A stretch of DNA of 64,000 nt from Fimbriosthenelais zetlandica. Taxonomy: Eukaryota. The stretch is from NCBI GenBank assembly GCA_977030845.1, contig OZ365109.1, forward strand, positions 59,458,001 through 59,522,000. Direction: 5' to 3'. A program made the translations under genes and the position numbers. Within the stretch, counting starts at the first letter, position 1; every line of letters begins with the position of its first letter. This document shows positions 25,801 to 38,900 of the stretch, piece by piece. The notes below the pieces were generated by a model that did not search any database, was not told the DNA's origin, and saw nothing but the letters and a program-made list of their open reading frames with translations.

Positions 25801-26286
25801 AAGAGGGAGCAAGTCCCCCCTTCTCCTCCCCACCCACCTTCCCGATACATTAAGACGCGGCGACTGGCAATTGATTACCTCCCTAATTACATGGAAGGCC
25901 CGATCAATGCTGGCAAGCAACGCGAAAAATGACATGCGTCAGCGCAATGATATGTTTATCGGAATTAGGCGCCAAATGAAATCTCGATTCACCCAATTGT
26001 CGTCAGCAGTCATGTAGCAGCTTGCGCTATTTCTTGATTGGCGCTTAAATAAGGGTAATGGGTAGAAAGGTATCGATTGAGGACAATGGATAGAAAAGGG
26101 GCGTGTCGTAGAGGGACTCTTTATCGGTTTGGCCTATTAGGAGGAACCCAAACCAAACTGGGACTGAGAATGATGTTGATGGGGGAACCCCCGGTGGCAA
26201 GGTTTTGGGAGAAATTATCAAGTTCCTTGCCATTACAATAAGATGATCAGCAGTATTTGGTGTTGACCTATATATTAGCCTGTCAT

Positions 26287-26680
26287 CTCTTTGTTCTCAT
26301 ACTTCACGAACGCATTTACATGAAACTAGGTTTGAATGTAGGCCAGGGACCTGTTTCAAAAGGAATATTAGCAATGCTATGTCTATGGGTAATATTCGTT
26401 TTGAAACAGGCTCCTGAAGGAGTCCTTTTCCAAAGGAATTAACAATGCTGAGTCTATGGCTAATATTCCTTCTGAAATAGGCTCCTCTTTGTTCTCATAC
26501 TTCACGAACGCATTTACATGAAACTAGGTTTGAATGTAGGCCACGGACCTGTTTCAAAAGGAATATTAGCAATGCTATGTCTATGGGTAATATTCGTTTT
26601 GAAACAGGCTCCAAGAGTCCTTTTCAAACGGATTTAACAATGCTAAGTCTATGACTAATATTCCTTCTGAAATAGGCTCC
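26287..26680. repeat. Tandem duplication of a ~198 bp unit, each unit holding two ~62-65 bp hairpin modules
   Basis: Copy 1 is 26287-26484 and copy 2 is 26485-26680, nearly identical. Hairpin arms 26350-26372 and 26388-26410 are 21/23 complementary. Confidence 0.9.
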
Positions 26681-28129
26681 ATAATTCTCTACTCAAAATA
26701 TTCGCCCATGATACAATGCAAAGTGGAAATAATATAACCTCCATGTCCTCAGTGTGTGTCCCACTAAGTTGTAGGCCTAGGCTACACATTATTTTAAATA
26801 ATATGTTTCTCCTCCTTGCCACTAGGGTGCACATCATCACTGGCACATGTATGGGAAGGAGTGTACATGTATTCGAACCCATGAAGGCCTACAATGAAGT
26901 AGAGATTTTGGCCTACTGTAACAGTGATAACAGTCCACGTTTAGAAGCTGATTTTAGTACTACCCCTGATCCCCTGATCATGCTTTAGTATAAATGTATG
27001 GGTTTGTACATATTTATGGGAATATTGTGGAGACTCTACCAACATCGGTTATTAGCTTGTTTATATCTTGTCTCCCCACACTCCCTGATTTCCTCCTCTA
27101 GCCCAGTACTGTCCCCTGGTGTTATCCATGGAAACTACATCCACAACGTGTTATTCAATTCCTCATTCACGTTCAGAATTGAAGCAATAGGTGTCAGCAC
27201 TGTGCGATTAGACTACGATATTAAGTTAAAAATGTGCTGTTTTTTAAATTTATATATATTCATTTGAAAATTCCGATTGATTGAAAGGAATATGTTTTCT
27301 TGCCGCGACAACAATATATTGTTTTTTAAACTGTAGGCCTACTTTATTACCTTATATCGATTTTTCCCATGCGAATTTCAGTTGATATACATTTTAATTA
27401 TGATCGTAAAATGTAATAGTTCTTTTTTTGAAAGTTTGAAATTGAGACAAATAACATTCAAGAGGAAGCTCTTATCACTTTTATATTATATGCTATAATT
27501 ATATAGAAATAATTTGAAATTACGGTACTATGTTCGTTGGATCTAAAGTTTTCAGTTTTTAATTTTCACTAATATCACATCCTTTCTGTTGCAACGTAGG
27601 AATATGTACCGTGTGTAATGATATGTCTTCTATCAGAAGTCTTGTCACTGACATCCATCAACACCTAACAATTTTATTACAGTCACCTTTGACAGTCACA
27701 TTATGTGACTGACCGTAACGGACGGGTCATTCACCCTAGGGTCAACAAATGTTTGTCTCCAAAATGAAGAGGTTACGAACGTTTGAAGAATCACACATTC
27801 AGTGACTGACCTATCGTAATTGCGGGGTCTTGTTCAAACTTGTAACCACTAAATTAAGTCCCAGGACCGACCGATCTCTTGTAGAGCGACCCACCACAGG
27901 GCATTGGAATTGGTCCATATGGCTCATTCACCAGTCCAGCTTTCTCTGAGATTGACATGGACATTGTAGCACCTGTCATATATATTAACATCGGTTCTGT
28001 GACGCCAGAATGGCCCGACCCCTAGAGACGCTGGCTGATTATAGGCTGTCATGGTGAAGCGACCCCCATGTGACAGGGAGCATCTCCTTCAAGTCCACTG
28101 GCGCCGTCTAACCGTAGGGGATGAAGTTA

Positions 28130-28143
28130 ACACCAGATGGCAC
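28130..28143 (+). promoter_or_regulatory. Candidate CTCF site between hbn and rx
   Basis: aCACCAGATGGCAC, 13/14 match to CCRSYAGRKGGCRS. Confidence 0.4.
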
Positions 28144-31100
28144 CGCAGACTCTCTCTTATCCCAGGGTAGAAGAAAAGAAAAGAAAGGAAGTATGGGAGG
28201 GATAGAAAATAGACAGAACATAAAATACTGATCCGTTGGATGGACAGATAGACAGAAGATAGATGGATTGATGACCTGTTTGGTAGGCAGGATCCTGTAT
28301 GTTAGAGGGTAACAATGTTCAATGTATTAGGCCTACTTGGACTAATTGCCTCGTACACCCAGTTCATCAAGAAATGGCTTTCATTGCTTCATAGACAGTT
28401 TCAGTTATTTTAATATTAGAATTTGATTGCAGAATGGAACTTTAGCACCTTCAGCATTCGTACTCCGAGACCGCAGGGTTTTTAGTTAGAATTCTTTTGA
28501 GCTATGTTGTTTGTTGGTGTTGCCCAGTACACCATACATATTCCATAAGTAGGTCCTACTTATGTGATTTTCTTGAAATTGGGCTAGATGGGTTCGGCAA
28601 GACCAGTCATGTCACATGTGCAATGTCTAAATTGAAATAGAGGCATGAAGCAAGATCTGGAGGCATTGTCTACCCTGATGTCAACAGTTATCGGGACGTT
28701 AAACCCCAAGAACCTAAGACCATACCCTATCATTGGGCATCAAGCCATTTAAATTGAGAACTTCCAATTTCTAAACTGTAAATTATATGTACAAATAAAG
28801 GATTATGGTCATTTAAGAAGTACCATGTAATGCAAGTACCAATCATCATGAAAGTAACGTTTCTCAAATGTGTTTTATTATAATTATGACATTGGACGTA
28901 AAAGTACATCGTTCTTTCTTGTCATTCTTGTACAACAAAATTGTACATTCTGTATCCCATTACTCAGTTATGGGCACGATGCTTCAACTTCTATTAAATT
29001 CAACCACTGCAATACCACAAATCCTTTTAAAGGGACCGCTTCAAACGCGTTTTCTATCTCAGCTTTGAAGTTGAATGAAAAGAATAATGGGGAAATAGGG
29101 GGACATGCACACAAAGAGATTGGGTTTTCGATTGCACAGGGCCACCTCCTCCTCAAGCTTCTTAACACAATTCCCTCCACTTCTCTCGCCTGGAAATGGA
29201 AGGGACTGCCACGACAAATCTTGCCTTCCCCCACAAAAGACATCCAAATCCTATCGCAGTGTAAAAATCTCATCGTCGCCGACATTAGAGCAATTTTCCA
29301 CCAGATCCAAACAAATTTCGGGCCCAGTCGCTTCACTTATTACCGGATTCCTGTTATGAAACTTCCAATTCAGCGTTGGGGTAACCTCGTCATTTTCGGC
29401 GATTGCTGGCGAATCAACGAGGCAAACGCGATTTGGAATAATTTTCCGCTGAATGCTGCGGAATCCAATAGAAGGCGAGGGCGAGGCGGACCTTTGGGGT
29501 TGAAACGGCATCAACAACTGATCAGCGCCGACCGCCCAATTCCCTGATAGAATTTACTCCAGTAAGGGAGAGGATGAATATACACCTAATTGCGGTACAT
29601 TCCTAGCAATCATTGCGTTAGCGTGTCACCAATGGCCGCCTGCGTCCAACGCTCTAACAAGTCTTTTGAATGACGTTTAAGGGTGGCTTTTCAGCCTCAC
29701 TGATCAGTTACCAGCATTAGAGATCACAGGACGCACAGACTCTTTTATCACCATTAATTTAGGGATCGATCAGTCGATTTATTGTGTTGGAATAACGGTC
29801 TGATGTGGTTGGGAGGGCATCAGTCCATGTTCGCTCTACTAAGCCTTAACTCGGACCACTGCTTCCAGCCATACCCCCCACCACACGGGCGCCACGCAGT
29901 GGCATTGGGCCTCATCACAAGCTTGTTTGCAGCAATAAATCGCAATTTTCTCCAGTAGCGATTTGTGTCTGGTTCCTCACCCCTCGGGCAAAGATGACCA
30001 GGGGTCTTCTGCCACCTAAGGGCCAGAAGAAATGGCCATCTTTCACCATCATTAAAGGCAGGAAAAAAGGACTCTCTAGCTCCTGGGAGGGCAGAAAGTG
30101 GCAGAGGGGTTTTTCAGGGAACAATAGTGGAAGGCCAAGCTGTCAGCGTCTATATATCATTTTACCCGCGAGTGGGCCACCCTGGCCACTTAACAGCAAT
30201 ACTGAAATCCATTCCTGGTCGAGATCGTGGACTAATAACGACAGGTGGGCCAGTGTAGGTGATAGCAAATGAGCTGGTAGGGCCTGATAGTCCTCCAGCT
30301 ATGTTCTACACCTTTACCCCTTGCCATTGGCAGCCATCACATACTAGTGATTGGAGAAGCCTTAAATCCGTTAGTAATAGCATAGGGAGATCGTTTTTCC
30401 CCCTTAATGCGCCTTGTCAATGGGAAAAGCCACTGGGTCAACACCACTGACATATTGGGTAAATTAATATGAGCATGGCCTGCTCCCCATGACCGCTTGT
30501 TTGTGTAATTGATGAAAACTGCTGACATAAGGCTTGTTCCGAGCTCAATTAGCAGTGTCTGCGCCTTCTTAGGCTTGTAATGTAACACCAAAGCTTTAGA
30601 AAGGTGGTAGGTCCCAGCGGTGGCTAATATGTGAATAAAAGTACCCTGTCTACAGCCTAAATGGTTAGCTGATATATTGTCATACTCCTTGCTTCTAGGG
30701 CAGAGTGCACAATGAAGTACAGTTCGTTGTTCATAGTTTGGACAAATCAGATTTTATCACTGATTTGTTATCTGTGGTTCCATGAATCCTCATATTACAT
30801 ATTAGATGATTCTAATATTTCACCTGATATTGCGTATAATAGTCCTTCAATAATTTGTATGGATGGAAGCGTTAATTAAATCTCTGGACTGACTGAAGGA
30901 TTTTTTTAGTTTAACCCAAACATAAAAACAGTTTCTTGCAGAGACATATCATTACCAGTTTTGACCTAATACATTTGTAGATTGAAAATATTTAACTATG
31001 TTCATATGGTCATATACTCTTAAGCTGTTCCCTTTATTATTTAATTTATTGAGAAAATTATTTCTGTTTATTTTAAGTCACTTTCAAACACTTTGGCATT

Positions 31101-31587
31101 TTAAAACAATTTGGCAAATTATATCCCTACGAGCCCTCCCTCCTTTGTCCCATACATTCCTTGGTTGTGATTGTGTCATCGTTTAAAAGGTGTGAGTGAG
31201 ATCGATGCTGATCAAATATATCTCGAGATGGTTGCTAATTGCCCCTATCAGATAGCCCGACAGCGGACAACAAAAGGTGACAACACGCACAACTTATGGT
31301 AACAGGCGGAAAGCTTTTTTATGTGTCAGAGGTTAGAGTCTGGTCTTTTGTATTCAAATGGTAGATAACAGGCAGACTATATAATGTTAGGATAAGGTGT
31401 GAGGATAACGTATAGGTCTACCATTTAGATTTTCGTGCCTGTTTCAGTTGGCCTTTTTGAGTTGACATTCTCCCTGTTCATCATCGTGAGTGGATTTGTG
31501 ACCTCACATGATGTGATGCTAATGGTCTGACCCTATTGTTCCATGCTGTAAAATTATGGAAGACAATATGCCTATATTGGCAGAATA

Positions 31588-31613
31588 TAAGAATAATTTT
31601 AAGAATAATTTTA
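31588..31613. repeat. 12 bp tandem duplication
   Basis: taagaataattt x2 plus ta. Confidence 0.8.
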
Positions 31614-32495
31614 CATGAGAATAGCCTATAATAACAATCGCTCTTCATGGGGTCCTTTTATTAGGTGAAACTATTTGGCTAAAAGGTCAATATATAGTGT
31701 GAAACAATTGATTCAAATCTATAATGTGATGTGTGACAATTTTTCGAGAAATGGATTCTGTTTTGCTCCAAATTATGTGCTCTTTGATACTCAAATTGAG
31801 CTGCCCTCTTAAAAATGTGTACCTCTTTTAATGATAGAGAGGTGCTGATGGCAGAGCAATGGTGTCACATATTAAAGTACCTACTCCTTCAAGCATTGAT
31901 TTCCCCAGAGGATAAATACAATATCCTGTTAGAGATCCTTAGAAGTTAGTGATCGTGTGACGTATGACACTCAAGTCTGTCTGTGCGTCGGCACCAACTG
32001 TTCATGACAGTCCCGCAGCGACTGATGAAGCGCCGGACCATTGGACTTTACCAGTGGACCATGCTAATTCACAGCAGTGACATCTGGTCAAGTTGCTTTC
32101 ATCTCCTCTTCCTTGTACGGGCCGACTATTGTCTCCCTTTCCGGCCATAGCAATGCTTCATTTAGATCATTTTGTTCAGACAATCAGCGACAGGTTGTTA
32201 TATAAATGAATTTAGGGCACTGCAAGTGTTTATTAGGTCAACAATGGAGAGTGATGACACAACCTCCAAGCTTCAAGTATTTCAATTACCTCTCTCTATC
32301 AGTGATATTATTACTTGGATATAACAATGGCCAAGTACTGCATCTCCTAACTGGCAAATAGAGAGGTTCAATAGGTTCTTGATACTTATGAAGCTAACAC
32401 CACTTCTAGATAAGTACATATACCCTGTATAATAAACTGAAGTGGTTCAATCTCATGAAACTTGTCTAACAATTACTTAAGAAGTAGGGTGTTCT

Positions 32496-32514
32496 AATGA
32501 ATGAATGAATGAAT
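32496..32514. repeat. (AATG)n microsatellite
   Basis: 4.75 perfect units. Confidence 0.8.
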
Positions 32515-35066
32515 CTAAGGTAAATTTAATACTTTGGATTGATGAAACTTTGTAAACTTCTCCAAATGAAAGTTTCAGAACATTGATTCACTTAACCACC
32601 CCGCCATGGTCAGAACTTGCAGAGCACGCAATATGACCGTTAAACTAATCTTGTATATGTTTATTGGAAGTTGGAGTCATGCATTTATGTGGTAGAAGAG
32701 ACCTGCTCAGATCTCGGTCCTGGTGGACTTCCTTCAGTGGCCGGCAAATGGATGTAGGAAGGTCCTCAATCCTCAGCTTCTGACCGCGTTTCTTAGAAAT
32801 AACAAGCTAATGCCATTAGTCAACACGATCCTGTCACCAAAAATGAATCATGGAAATCTATTTGCCGTAATTTCATCATCGCTTTATTGCATTAAGGCTT
32901 ACATGAGACCCGCCATTAGTGAACAACATCGTGACTCGCCCGCCAGAGCCCCTTTTCCCTTAATGGCCGCCAGCGCCACGTGAGTACTCGGCGGACCAAT
33001 CACATGTCATGCTCTGTCCCTTTCTCAGCTGACCTCTGGGAGACGATATTCCACAAACCAAGCTACTTGTTGGCCGATCCCAGCGACCGAGGTTACTGGA
33101 TAATTTGGCGCGGCAATTAATTGCTTTCTTTCCTATAGGCTGCCATGGAGGCAGCAGGTCCCACACTGTTGTCAGTACACGTCTTCCAATTACGAGTCAT
33201 TCACCGAGAAAATATTCCATCAAAAGAGAGCAACCCCAATGGCCTGGTCTCATCATACAGTCATTAGATCCATTAAAGAATTAATTAACCCTATTTGAGG
33301 TACAATTACAGTTGGTAGAGCCCGGAATCGTGGGGCCCAATCACTTCCCCTTGGAGGCAGAACATGCCTTGCTCCTGAGTTAGAGACTAGCATGCCGACA
33401 TGGCATTTAGTAATATCCTGAAATGTTGGACACTCAAATTGGCGCTGATTGATCTGGGATTTGCTTAAACACACAAGCTGCAAATCGCCTTTAAAAGGCA
33501 CAGGCCAGCGAGAAGCCAGCAGAAGCGGTCTTAGCCCGCTTACCAATGCTCATGTCCTGAATCGTTACACTTTAATTCAGACAAATTGATTATTATGTTT
33601 CGTGCAGTTATTCAATTTAGTGCATTAAAAGTCGAAATTACCAGCAGACTTTTTGACTTGGAGAACGACTTGTAAGATACATTGATGTGATTTCTCTCCC
33701 GGTCCCGAAGCCAGAAAGCTTCTACTCGACCGAGCTGATAACATCACCATGACATGTGTTTGCAAGGAGAATAACTGCCTCGCCATAAAATCCCATTTCA
33801 TCATCATTTCTGCCATAAAAGATAAACCTCATAATGACAATCGCTGAGGGAACAGATACTTTGCATCCATTTGATTTAAGACGTTATTGAGGCTTATTGA
33901 AGGCTTTTGCATGAATATAAATGGATTAAGCATGAAAAAGAATAGTTTCCCTTCCAGGTGGCAATGCTTAATTATTAGTAAGCTAGGAGATACTTGAAGA
34001 TATTTTCCCATATATACTGTAAAGTGGAGCTTATGGACATACAAAATCATGCAATTAAATTAAATAATTATGGAAAAAGATATAAGATACATTTTCAAAA
34101 TGCAATAACTTTTATTCGTGACAAACTATGTTCAATTGGGCGAGACAAAATTAAGGGCATATTTTCTGAAAGCACCGTTAATGCTGAAAACAATAAAACA
34201 ACAATTTTATATATATAGACAGTGTGTGCACAATTGACAGTAAGACTACATAAACCTGGTAACCAACATCATACCACAGCTAGTTTCCCTCTTTATAAAG
34301 GGATTAAATACACCTTACATTATGTACAATGAGGCATATCTAATATGCTCCTCAATACATAAACTCGATTGGTATGATTTCATTAGAATAGTCTGTAGTA
34401 GGCTACTTTCACTGCGCAAGATATCAGAAGTGTGTCAATCGTAGCAGCCATACAATTTAATGTGTAACCACATAATAAGTATCCTTAATAGAGGGTTTGT
34501 GTAATATTTTACAAAGAAATGGTCTATAATACCGGGCGATACTTTCCCATGATTATTGCCTCTTTATGGTTATTATGTTTTAAATGCATGGTTATTAAAT
34601 TATAAATCCCAAAATTTAACTATTATCACCAGCAGGAATAAATTGATACCATCCCAAGGTCCCATATCCAGGGCAACAGTCCTTATACTGTTCTCCCCCA
34701 TGTACAGGTAGCCTGACTTTATGCCTTCAGTATATCGGCTATTATAGGCAAGTGACATGATTGAAATATATTAATCAATGACTCATCAATGTAATAATCA
34801 ATGAAGTAATAACACTGCGGGGTGCCTCTCTGCATGACATATCAACACGAAAGAAAATAAAGATAAGTTCACTGTCTATTATGTCATATTATATACAGTG
34901 GTAAGAAGTTGTTTGCTTTCAACAGAGTATAATCATGGAAACATTTGTAGAATATCATGGATAATATTGATATACATGGAGTGGTGGTATGTTATAGCAG
35001 TTCGAAAGAGGAATAGGTAGGCTATACATGTAAGCCCTATAGAACGAGATATATAATTTTCAAATC

Positions 35067-35072
35067 TTTATT
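35067..35072 (-). terminator. Candidate polyadenylation signal (AATAAA) for rx
   Basis: First minus-strand AATAAA after the rx stop; another at 34116-34111. Confidence 0.3.
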
Positions 35073-35498
35073 GTCAACCTAACTATACATCATCGCTAAT
35101 ATTTTTTTCAAAAATGTATGTACATGGTTGTCTATCAAACACACTGGTCACAATTAATACAGCGGTCACCAATGAAGAAGGGTCATACATTGTATATTGA
35201 TCAATGCAGATGTATTGCTATATATACATGGCTTTATATCGTTGTCATAATAGTTTGAAGTAATGCTGTTTGTTAGTTATAGAGACTATTATTGTTTCTT
35301 TGATTTGTGGAATTCCCATTCCAGATACCGTAATTGACATTGTCCAGGAAGTTTCACGATTCATATTGGTTAGGTAGCTGTAGGATGGCATGGGAATTAA
35401 CGCTTGAAGCTAGGAACTAATTACACTGTCATATATTCACAAAACTCACTAATTAATATCCCATATTAATCAGAAAGGGAAGAGTCCTCGGTCGGAAG

Positions 35499-35981
35499 TC
35501 ATTGGCCTGTCAGACCTCGGCCTATAATCTCCATATGTTCCTTTGCTTTCATTCTCAAGCTCACAATGCTCGAGCTCCGATTATCCCCATCCTCCATTCC
35601 CTTCACACTCACGTGACTTCCGCCGTTACTTTGCGAGAGTCCATTCGAGATAACGGAGTGCGCATGCGCCGCGGCGCTCACAGTGATGGTGCCAAATGTG
35701 GGGATGCCAAGCCCTGGTGGACTGAGGGAACCCGGGGTGGTCGGGGAAGTACTGGAAGGGGTGAGAAAGTTGGGATAGGAGGCATGGGTGAAGAATCCCG
35801 GTAGGGCATGGATGGCAGAGTTGTTGGCGATAGGTGGAGTGAGCCAGGGGTCAAGAGGAAGGGCGCTTGTCATGGTGGCATTGCGAGGAGCCAGGCAAGC
35901 CATGGGGAAGTTCTCATTCAGCTTGGTCGATTCTATCTTCTCCTGTCTGCGCCATTTAGCTCGGCGGTTCTGGAACCAAAC
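35499..35981 (-). CDS. rx: Retinal homeobox Rx/Rax, coding exon 3 (helix 3, Rx domain, OAR, stop)
   Basis: Acceptor ttttttcatttcAG at 35983-35982, then VWFQNRRAKWRRQEK. Rx-type motif LPLDPWL. OAR RSSSIVSLRMKAKEH at ~35530-35579. TGA at 35501-35499. 483 bp = 161 codons. The ORF track shows only the part from Met at 35903. Confidence 0.93.
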   Translation of the reverse strand, partial: VWFQNRRAKWRRQEKIESTKLNENFPMACLAPRNATMTSALPLDPWLTPPIANNSAIHALPGFFTHASYPNFLTPSSTSPTTPGSLSPPGLGIPTFGTITVSAAAHAHSVISNGLSQSNGGSHVSVKGMEDGDNRSSSIVSLRMKAKEHMEIIGRGLTGQ

Positions 35982-38900
35982 CTGAAATGAAAAAAAAATT
36001 GTGTGAGATAAAATTGTTCATAAAGTCTCTGATACAAATAGATAAAGATGCATGCAGTTGGATTAGGCATTGGCAAATATTTTCGAAACAGAATGTAGTT
36101 GCCTAACTTAGAGGTTTTCTACGAGATGCTTCTGCAGCCTATAATCTCGCTTTAAGTCGTTTATCTAAATGGCATGAATGAGCCTGATGCCCAAATATCT
36201 CCTACATTGATAATCAATATTCCCCAGCAAAGCCAATATATTTTCTCTCTGATCAGAAAACAAATCCCATACTCCTAATGGATTACCATGATGGTAAACC
36301 ATTCAAAGGAGGCTCCGGATTTTCTTATCGATATCCAATTTCATGCTCCAACTTGATTAATCATGAGAATTCGCATGGGAATGAGATGTAAAGCGAGGCG
36401 CGAGACGGTGGAGGTGTCAGACGGAGGAGATCCCATCCACAGCGTCCGACCCAGGTCCGCTTCTTCTCTCTATGGAGAGCCTAATACCGATTATCTGTCA
36501 CTAATTACATGTCAGACAGCATTATTCTAGGCCCCGGTCTGCTGAAGTGGGAACTCCCCATGCATGTGATGTCATTACCAACAAACAAAGGGCCCGAAAA
36601 ACCAGGCGTGAAATTCCCCATTTTTCGTGCCGCGTTTTGCCGCGTAAGAAAATAATCGTGTCGGAGCGGTGGTTTCTTCAAAGATCTCATGTGATTATCC
36701 TGCCTCGCAAAAACAATTGACAACATTGATGAACGGAAGACCGTCCATTCACTCTATCAAGACTGTCATGGCACCCGCGGGCCTGGCCTAACGGAGCACT
36801 TAGACGCAGAAGTAATCAAATTAAAAGCAAACAAAAGCAGAGGAGAAGGTAGGCAGGAGGAGAAGTTATGTCACTGAGGATGCTTCAACCGTCATTGGAG
36901 TTATAGGCGAAGAAACCCCGCTGACAGGTGGAGTGCAAAGCGTACACGCTCTTTTTCTCTCAAGGAGGAGACTTGTTTGCCGCTGACAGCGCTCAGTAAT
37001 TAACGACCAATAGACATCATAGGATTTTAATTGGGAGACTTTTTGTGGCCTGCCTCCTCCAACGTGTAATGGCGTTGTATGTGTTTTATAGAGTAAGATT
37101 GGAAAGGGTGGCTTTCTTTAGCGAGTCGCAACAATGGAGGGAGGACCAGTGGTTGCATGGTTTCTAAGGTGGATTGGCCCTCAATTGATTGGATGCCCAC
37201 CCACATACTCTGGGAAAAGTTGAGCCACTATATATTGGTCTTTGGTCGTAGAAGACATACAATGTCAGAAAAATTACCGTCTTTGTTGACCAAAAAGGAA
37301 AGGTTGAGATTTAATCGCTAAAAGTTAGTTCACAAAGAGATCTTCTCTTCACACGCGACCTTTATCTGACAATTAACTATTTTAGTTCATATAAGGCCCA
37401 AATACTAAGTAGCCCAAGGATGATTGGAATTTTGTATCCATATTATCTTTAATTGGGAATCATCATCTCTATATGCCCACATCAAAGCTAAGCCCCATAG
37501 AATACACTCCTTTAATCCTGTCATTTAAGTTAAGATGTATTTAATCCGGGTTTAATATGCACGATCTGTGCCACCTTACTTTTGTGGGTATAGGTAAAAC
37601 CCGGAAGAAAGTGGTCGATATTAGAGGTAATTGGATCGTTAGATGTTCACCAATTGTCAGTTTTCATCCCCACTAGAATAGAGGTAAAGACAGTCTGACA
37701 TATTAGCGTGGAACAATTGCTTGAAATGCTGGGCCCGGCTCTCTTGAGATTGGCTCTCATTTGAGGAGATTGTTTGCTGACATGCGCGGAAATGGCGCGC
37801 CATTCTCAGCGGAAGTGGCAGAATCGGTAATCAAGACGCGACCAACGCTGGTTGTCGCAGGTCGCCTAAGCTCCCACAGATAATAGTTGCTATGCCTATG
37901 GAAGGAATTTCTTTTATCAATGTCTCACTGAGGCAGAGCATAAAATATGGAGAATTTAGCCTACCATAATATGTATGTTTATTCCTCACCCATGTATATA
38001 TGCCTTTTGAACATAATTTTGCCATTTATAATAATTTGGTCAGTTACAAGGTATAGGAGGGAAATTATAAGTGGAAGATTGTGGAAGAAAGTGGGATATT
38101 CCATGTAGTCCTTTGTCGACTTTTAAGTCTTAAGATCATTGAAATAAGTGCCAAGAATTTTGAATTTTTATAGTCAAAATGCGTTTGGTCGATGGTCTTT
38201 TTAACATTGAATTTTGAACTGATCGGCAGACTTTGTCAGTATGCCGGGCTGTGCGCATCTGCTGCCCATCACTGTCGATGACCATCAGCGAGGCATTGGC
38301 ACCCTCTCCATGTCAACCTAATCATAATAATTCCCACATAATTACATACAAGTCCACCATCATTTGCCTGCCTGGGCTTTGTGCGGACTTGACATGAGCA
38401 GGGTTGAGTGGGAGACTTCACTCTGGTGGGAGCAATCATGGTAGAGACTCCTCCCTTCCAACTACTAGCCTCTTTACCAGATAGAAAGAGACCCTCGAGG
38501 ACATTGTAGTTAAAGCAGACTTTATCCCTTAATTTCCCCGCACGCCATAATGTTATGCTTATTTAATAACGCTGCTATGGGAGCACCCCCAAGAAGGTCT
38601 GTATACCCGATACCACACGCCCGAAGCGAGAGGAGGGACAGTAGGGAATCCAGGCGGAAAAGCTTCAGAGATGAACGAGACAAAAAGGGAAAAAAACGTC
38701 CTAGTTGCATCAGCTGTCGGGGTCGGGGCAGGGGTCGGATCTTTTGTAGAGGGAGCCACATACACCCTCTTCAGGCAGCAATTAAAGGTTTCTAATGTGT
38801 CATAACAGAATTAGATGATTCGTCTCGTTAACTAATCCAACACAAATACACGCACGGAGTCTCTTTGTCGGTGGTTTGAACAGAAGCGTAATAGTCGGCC

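Noticed and set aside
27693-27711. 19 bp quasi-palindrome CAGTCACAT-T-ATGTGACTG with nearby short inverted repeats
   Set aside because: Too short and isolated to define an element; no TSD or second copy seen.
28870-29547. 225 aa plus-strand ORF, the longest non-homeobox ORF
   Set aside because: It starts at GTG, the first in-frame ATG is codon 163 (29356), and there is no recognisable domain or obvious flanking splice sites. A stop-free run this long is uncommon but possible by chance. A blastp/RNA-seq check would be cheap.
32028-32100. CTGATGA as a hammerhead core or snoRNA C box
   Set aside because: No GAAA with supporting stems, and no D box with a terminal stem at a suitable distance.
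782-35072. The first AATAAA lies exactly 426 nt after the stop codon in both hbn and rx
   Set aside because: I see no sequence similarity between the two 3' regions and no mechanism; treated as coincidence.
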